This document shows, piece after piece, positions 58,291 through 64,000 of a DNA stretch of 64,000 nt (within the stretch, counting starts at the first letter, position 1; the number at the start of each line of letters is the position of its first letter). Origin of the DNA: Heteronotia binoei (Eukaryota); NCBI RefSeq assembly GCF_032191835.1, contig NC_083236.1:39618001-39682000 (forward strand), in the 5' to 3' direction. A model generated the notes under the pieces. That model ran no database searches. It was given only the letters and a program-made list of their open reading frames with translations, and was not told where the DNA came from. Both the position numbers and the translations under genes were made by a program.

Positions 58291-60553
58291 CTTATTTCCA
58301 TCCATAGAATATATGAATGGATCTCAGTAGACTCACAATTAAAAACTATTCTGAACAGTGGATTCTCTCATAGAATTTATGCATAATGATTCAAAGTATA
58401 AATCAAATGGCCATACTTTGGGCAACTAATTCTCATTGTATTGCAGAATAGATGGGTCAGGTTGTCTCTGCAGTAATAAGTACGAAGAGTATTTGAATAT
58501 GAAAAATTAATTTGTAACAGCAGTGTCAGATTTTGGAAACTTCAGAATCATGTTTCATGAGTTCATAGATCCCTTCAATATCCAAAGTAATTAAATTTTA
58601 AAATGTGCACAAGTCATTTGGGTTCCTTTTTATGCCAAGGTTCATCTTCACCATTCCTTCTCAATGCAGAACATGATGGTTAAGCAAAATCTGGTTGTCC
58701 ATGATATACAAATGCAGATGTAAACAGAATTGGTTTTCCTTCTACTAGACAGGATCCTAAGACACAATTAAGCCTTGATTTGTTACACCAGCTGTCAGTT
58801 AAAAGTCCCTGACAAGGATTTGTTTCAGTCTTGTGGCTCAGTAACAGCTTATTGATTTTCCTAATATTATTGTCATTGTCGATGAATGGCTAATGGTCGC
58901 AAACATAGTCATATATTCACTATTCCATTGTTCCATGTATTCATATATGCATTTATGTATATGTATTCATGACTGTATTAACCTCTGTATTATAATGCCA
59001 ATATTTACTAACCTTTAAATATATTCATTATATTTCTTTGAGTTTATGTAGATTAGGAGGGGTAACATATAAGACCAAAAATAAGGGCAACTTATTGTGG
59101 GAAGCAAGGGTCTACTCTTGTCTCCCTGGAAACAGAAGATAGGTACCAACTGAAAATGTCTGCAAAGCTGGAATGTGACCTTGGAGGAAAGAAACACCAT
59201 GGTCTAGGAACTAATTCAAAGACTTTTGAGTGGGAGAGAGTTAGGCAGGAGAAATGATGAACTGTTAATCTGTAACCTATATCTTGACTGTATCTTTTGC
59301 CTACTATCAGTCTGGCAAAACAAGCACCTGCTACAAGTGTTTGCTGCCTGATTCTTCATTAAAAGCTTCTTTTGCATTTACTCAAGAAGTCTTGTGATAG
59401 ATTCTGGGCAAAACAAGCTGCATACGTGGGTGAATGTGAGTCATGGGGAGAAGGGGGAGGAATCTCACTCTGGTTAAGCAACATGTCCCACTTATATATC
59501 ATGAGCACATGAAGCTGCCTTATACTGAGTTAGACCTTTAATCTTTCAAGATCAGTCTTATCTACTCTAAAAGGCATTGGCTTTCCATTGTCTCAGGTAC
59601 ATGTCTTTCACATCACCTGTTATTTGACCCTTTGATTGGAGATGCTGAAGGATGAACCTGCATGTCAAACAGATGGTCTTCTATTGACTCAGGGGACCCC
59701 CCCCCATAGTTTGTCTCTGGACTAACAGTAGGAAATCTTGCATTGTGCTGCACACAACTCTAGGTTGGAGGAGTAAGGAACCAAGTGCACACATTGGCTG
59801 GATATCTGCATGAAACTGACATGCTGGGCTATCTTAACTTCCTGCTGAGCCTTGCTTCCATAAGAGGTAGGTGTGATATTCTTAAAGCAATGCCTGAAAC
59901 ATCAGAGCTGTAGATTCAGTTTGCCAAGAGTTGTTCAAAAAGTTCAGGAAACAGACGGTAGAAGGACAGTTATGTAGTGAAAGCATGAAATAACTCGCTG
60001 AGCAATACAACAGTTGTCATGCAGGCTCCTTCTAGTTTTATCCAAATTTTAAAAGTTTTATCCAATACAGTCAGTGTTTGGACTGAGCTGGTGACTCAGT
60101 TGACGAGAACAACAGCATGCTCATTGTTCTGCCTCCTCCCTTCCTCCAGTCAGAAATATTGCAATGTTCAAATGGAGCATCTGGTCCCTGTGAGTCTCAT
60201 TCTGTCACTTCTTAATGGATCTACACAACCTCCTAGACACTAAAGATTTGATAATGGAGTGAGAAGCTACTTATTGAAACATTCTGTCCCCTGAATTCTT
60301 GGGGCAGTGAACCCAGTCCTCACAACATTGTGAGGCAGGGTAGGTTGAGAGACCGAGGATGATGGCCTCGAGCTCATCCCACATATTCCATGGTTGTGGG
60401 GATATTTGAAAACAGGTCTCTCTGGATCTGGTCTGACTATTTAACCGTGATGCCACTTTGGCTCTCAATGCATTAATCAGCTGAGATTCTCAGCCCCTCA
60501 CCAAGAATGCGCAGAGAAATCGCACAACATTATACATTGGACAACGACATATG

Positions 60554-60750
60554 CAAGGCTTTTTTAGTAGAAAAAGCCCAGCAGGAAATCATTTGCATAT
60601 TAGGCCACACCCCTGACATCACCACTGTTTCACACATGGCCTTTGTGTAGAAAGGGGCAAGCGGGAATTCATTTACATATTAGGCCACACTCCCTGATTC
60701 CAAGCCAGCCAGAACTGCATTCCTGTGTGTTCCTGCTCAAAAAAGCCCTG
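60554..60750. mobile_element. hAT-type MITE (family of 5650-5849)
   Basis: Collinear with 5650-5849 and ends AAAAAAGCCCTG. The TSD is not preserved. Confidence 0.75.
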
Positions 60751-60887
60751 TAAACAAGTTTGTGAAAGGGATATTTTAAAGGGCTCCCCTAAACACAAAT
60801 ACAGTAGCACAGAGGATATGATAAGATGGTGAAAAATATTGTTTTGTAAAAAAAAGTACTAAAAATTCTCTCTAAGTACATATGGCC

Positions 60888-61065
60888 NNNNNNNNNNNNN
60901 NNNNNNNNNNNNNNNNNNNNNNNNNNNNNNNNNNNNNNNNNNNNNNNNNNNNNNNNNNNNNNNNNNNNNNNNNNNNNNNNNNNNNNNNNNNNNNNNNNNN
61001 NNNNNNNNNNNNNNNNNNNNNNNNNNNNNNNNNNNNNNNNNNNNNNNNNNNNNNNNNNNNNNNNN
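60888..61065. other. Assembly gap
   Basis: N run. Confidence 1.
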
Positions 61066-61895
61066 ACTTACAAATTTCTGTCTGTAAACAAAAATAACCA
61101 GGGCATTAAACAACTTTTCCAAATCTACTTATTTTGACACTGGGAGATTTTGTTTGGTATTGTTTGTTCCAGCCAGTGTAATGTGTTGGAATGAAAAGGG
61201 TCCCATTAGTTAGTTGCCAAGGAAAACAGATCCAGGGAAGCATTAAATTGAAGTGAGATAGTTGTTTGGAGGTTGGTATAAACAATGGACAGATTTACTT
61301 CACTACTTATAGATATGTGAATAGTGTCAAAAAATAACTGGAAACCATTCCTTTTTATTGCAGACTTGGCCTAATACGTCCCAAGTGAGCTGTCCGAGTC
61401 AGCATCCTTGCACCACACACAGCTCTGCTAAAAAGTGCCCATACCTATACAAAATTCTGATGCAACAGCAATGAATTCAGCATACTAAGATGCTCCTTTT
61501 TTTCAAGCCCGAAGCAGAGAGATAGAAGCTTAAAAAGCAATTCTGGACTTAACTGAGGGTGATAAGTAATGTAAAAGGCTCTGATAGCAGAGAAATTATC
61601 TCCGTTAGCTGGTCCTTCAGTTGAGCATTTCTGTATTAGTTATTTCTGCACTCAGCTCCAAATGATTGCTTTGTCACCAGCTAAGAAATACAATTTCAGC
61701 ATTCTTAAACAGAGAAAATAGATGAAGAAAGAGGTTAGTACAGTTTGGTGAGCAGAGGTGGGGGGGGGGGGGAAGGACAGTGCTCCCCTGAAGTCATGGA
61801 CTTTCTAGCAGGGATAAGCCAATATTTCTCATTTTATTTCTATTAAAACATTTGCTATTTTTAAAATCAAGTTCTTGTGGAGGTCAGGTGCTTAC

Positions 61896-61930
61896 TGGGT
61901 GGTCTTCGGCTCATCATGATCATCCTTGAT
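61896..61930 (-). other. Candidate 35-nt host micro-exon
   Basis: The minus strand reads ...TGTTCGCCTTCAG|ATCAAGGATGATCATGATGAGCCGAAGACCACCCA|GTAAGC, open in two frames, within non-repetitive CpG-retaining DNA. Confidence 0.35.
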
Positions 61931-62096
61931 CTGAAGGCGAACAGTTCAGATATTTCTCTTTTGTCAGACCTTTGGCTTGGTGGATTGATTTCTATTGCTG
62001 GAAAGGACCGATGTGGGTTTTATCCCTTAAACTGATTGTTCTTTTAGTGCTCATTTTATTAACATGCTTATACCCTCCTTTTCCTTTGTATCCAAA

Positions 62097-62195
62097 TAAG
62101 AACATAAGAGCATAAGAGAAGCCATGTTGGATCAGGCCAATGGCCCATCCAGTCGAACACTGTGTCACACAGTGGCCAAAAAAAAAAAAAAGAGT
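62097..62195 (-). mobile_element. CR1 LINE 3' end
   Basis: AAGAACATAAGAG...GGATCAGGCCAATGGCCCATCCAGTC is the reversed CR1 tail. Confidence 0.7.
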
Positions 62196-62219
62196 GCCAT
62201 CAGGAGGTTCACAAAATAG

Positions 62220-62410
62220 CTCAGCTTAGTCCAAGTTTGTGAGATAAGCAGGGCCAACCATGGTTGGTACTTGGATGGGAGACCACCAAGGAACACCAGG
62301 GTTGCTACATGGAGGCAGGCAATGGCAAACCAGCTCTGCTCATCTCTTGCCCTGAAATCCTGTGAGGGGTCGCCACACATCAGTTGCAACTTGATACCAC
62401 AGTCATCATC
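62220..62410 (+). mobile_element. 5S-headed SINE with RTE-type tail
   Basis: TAAGCAGGGCC...GGTACTTGGATGGGAGACCACC...GGCAATGGCAAACCA. Confidence 0.7.
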
Positions 62411-63129
62411 TTCATCTTTCCTCTGTGGCTTAAGGTAGCTGACATTTCCAAGATTAAAAACATTCCAGATGCAATAAAAATCCCTTTACCATGCACACCA
62501 GGAAAACGCCTGCAGCTTAAATCCAATGAAAAGCTTTCACACACGTGCAACCCCCCAATAAACGTCTTGTTTGTAAAAAATGGTGCCCCCCGCACTGGTG
62601 GTCTACTATACAAAGTGGGAACTGATATAGAGAAGTGTTTTCTTGTAGATGCCAAGTGGGGGAGCAAACATTACATTGGTTTTAATATTACATTTCATTT
62701 CCCAGGAACAGATGCTAATTAGGCCAGGGGGCCCCAAATAGTGGCTGTGGACACCATGACAACCATCAATACATTTCCTGGACCCTATCAAATGTTTTTA
62801 GAAAGTTGGAGGGGCCACGTTGGGCAGTTGCCCTGCTAAGTTTCTGTGCCGTCATTAGAAATTCAGTTGGCTGAGTAGATTACTTTAAAAAAATAATAAT
62901 AATAATTTAGGCAGCAGCTGCCACCACAGCACAAGCTGTATGAGTCAAGTTAAACTCTGAGAGCGCACAAAAAACATTTTAAACAACATGTTCATTTTCA
63001 AAGGCATCATGTTAAGCAAAGCTGCTGCTGAAATGTTACTATTAGACTTATGCATAACCTCACTCCCTGACATTTTGTGGTTGGCCCCACCTACAGCAGC
63101 AGCCATTTTGTAGTTGCACCAACAACCCT

Positions 63130-63275
63130 GTGTTGTTATCAAGATGAGTTTCTTGAACAAGAGCTAAATCTATTTTATTGGCCATTAAGATTCTTGAGAA
63201 GTATTGACATTTAGACTTGCTTACACCCTCTATATTCAGGCAGATTTGAATACTATCTCCTATTCCCCTTGTCAA
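63130..63275 (-). mobile_element. Vingi/Ingi-like LINE AP-endonuclease N-terminal fragment
   Basis: SIQICLNIEGVSKSKCQYFSRILMANKIDLALVQETH has the LNIEG and QETH motifs of an APE domain start. Confidence 0.6.
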
Positions 63276-64000
63276 ATAATCCTGAGAGGACTTTTTTGAT
63301 TGGTTGATTGTTTCTATGTGTGTAACGTAGCCAGGAGATCCTATGATTGTCAGGCAGCCAGAAGTTCTAGCTCTTTTGTGTTATCCAGGGTGCACTGTGA
63401 GGAGGTGAGCTAGAATTGCACCCCAGGTCTACAGAATTTGCCCATCAATGTTTGTGTATGATTACGAACTGCATGTTGAACTACATGTCGATGTGGATTT
63501 TCAATTGGTGAAAAGAAAGCAAAAGCAGCATCAAACTGGGTTTTCAGGCTGAGACAACATGGATGAGAAATCCAAAAACATCCCTTGATCCTACTAGTAA
63601 TGCCATTCATTGGCCTGTAAAATGTGAACAGCTATAATCTATATAAATATGAACTCCATAGTATTCACAGGAGTGTGGGGACAGCAATGATGAATACTTT
63701 TTGCAATAAAACAGTTCAATGGTAGCTCTATCCACCAACCAATTAAGCAGATTCAGTCCTATTGGAGATAAGGGAGCAATCAGATTCAATTCAGGTACTT
63801 TGGTTTAATTGTCTTTTAGATTATTTGTTCATTCGGAACAATGAAGGAAGTTAAAATACCTCCTTATAATCAGTGGTTGTTCTTTGGAAAGGCTCTTCCA
63901 GCAATGCTATTGTTTGGGTCACAGATCGTTCAGTGTCAGATAATTTTTGTGTGCGGCTGTCACAGTGTTCTCAGATATACATATTTGATTCAGTCTTGCA

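Noticed and set aside
62384-62722. 112-aa ORF in non-repetitive DNA
   Set aside because: It has a TTG start inside a SINE tail, no recognisable motif and no splice support.

Overview
Repeat-rich vertebrate non-coding DNA, most likely squamate and probably gecko-like (inferred from the Sauria-type, 5S-headed and tRNA-headed SINEs, the Penelope hammerhead and the BovB/L2/CR1/Vingi fragments). It has four N gaps and no confidently identifiable host gene; the only candidate is one 35-nt micro-exon. Two very young retroelements dominate. (1) 7740-12131 (minus strand) is a tyrosine-recombinase (Ngaro/PAT-type, split direct repeat) retroelement. It keeps an intact 513-aa gag and near-identical A/B repeats but has lost RT/RNaseH/YR, so it looks like a gag-only non-autonomous element. 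It is inserted without a TSD into a Penelope GIY-YIG ORF, and a diverged solo A-spacer-B unit of the same group lies at 55465-56245. (2) 20661-26763 (plus strand) is a full-length Tf1/sushi-group chromovirus with identical 486-bp LTRs and an AAGAG TSD. It has a Tf1-type self-priming PBS, a PEG10-like GGGAAAC slippery site with an H-type pseudoknot, and only two frameshifts, both in homopolymer runs. The rest is hAT/Harbinger-type MITEs, SINEs, LINE fragments, an 866-bp foldback and a few candidate conserved non-coding stretches. All family assignments come from motif recognition by eye, not database searches.
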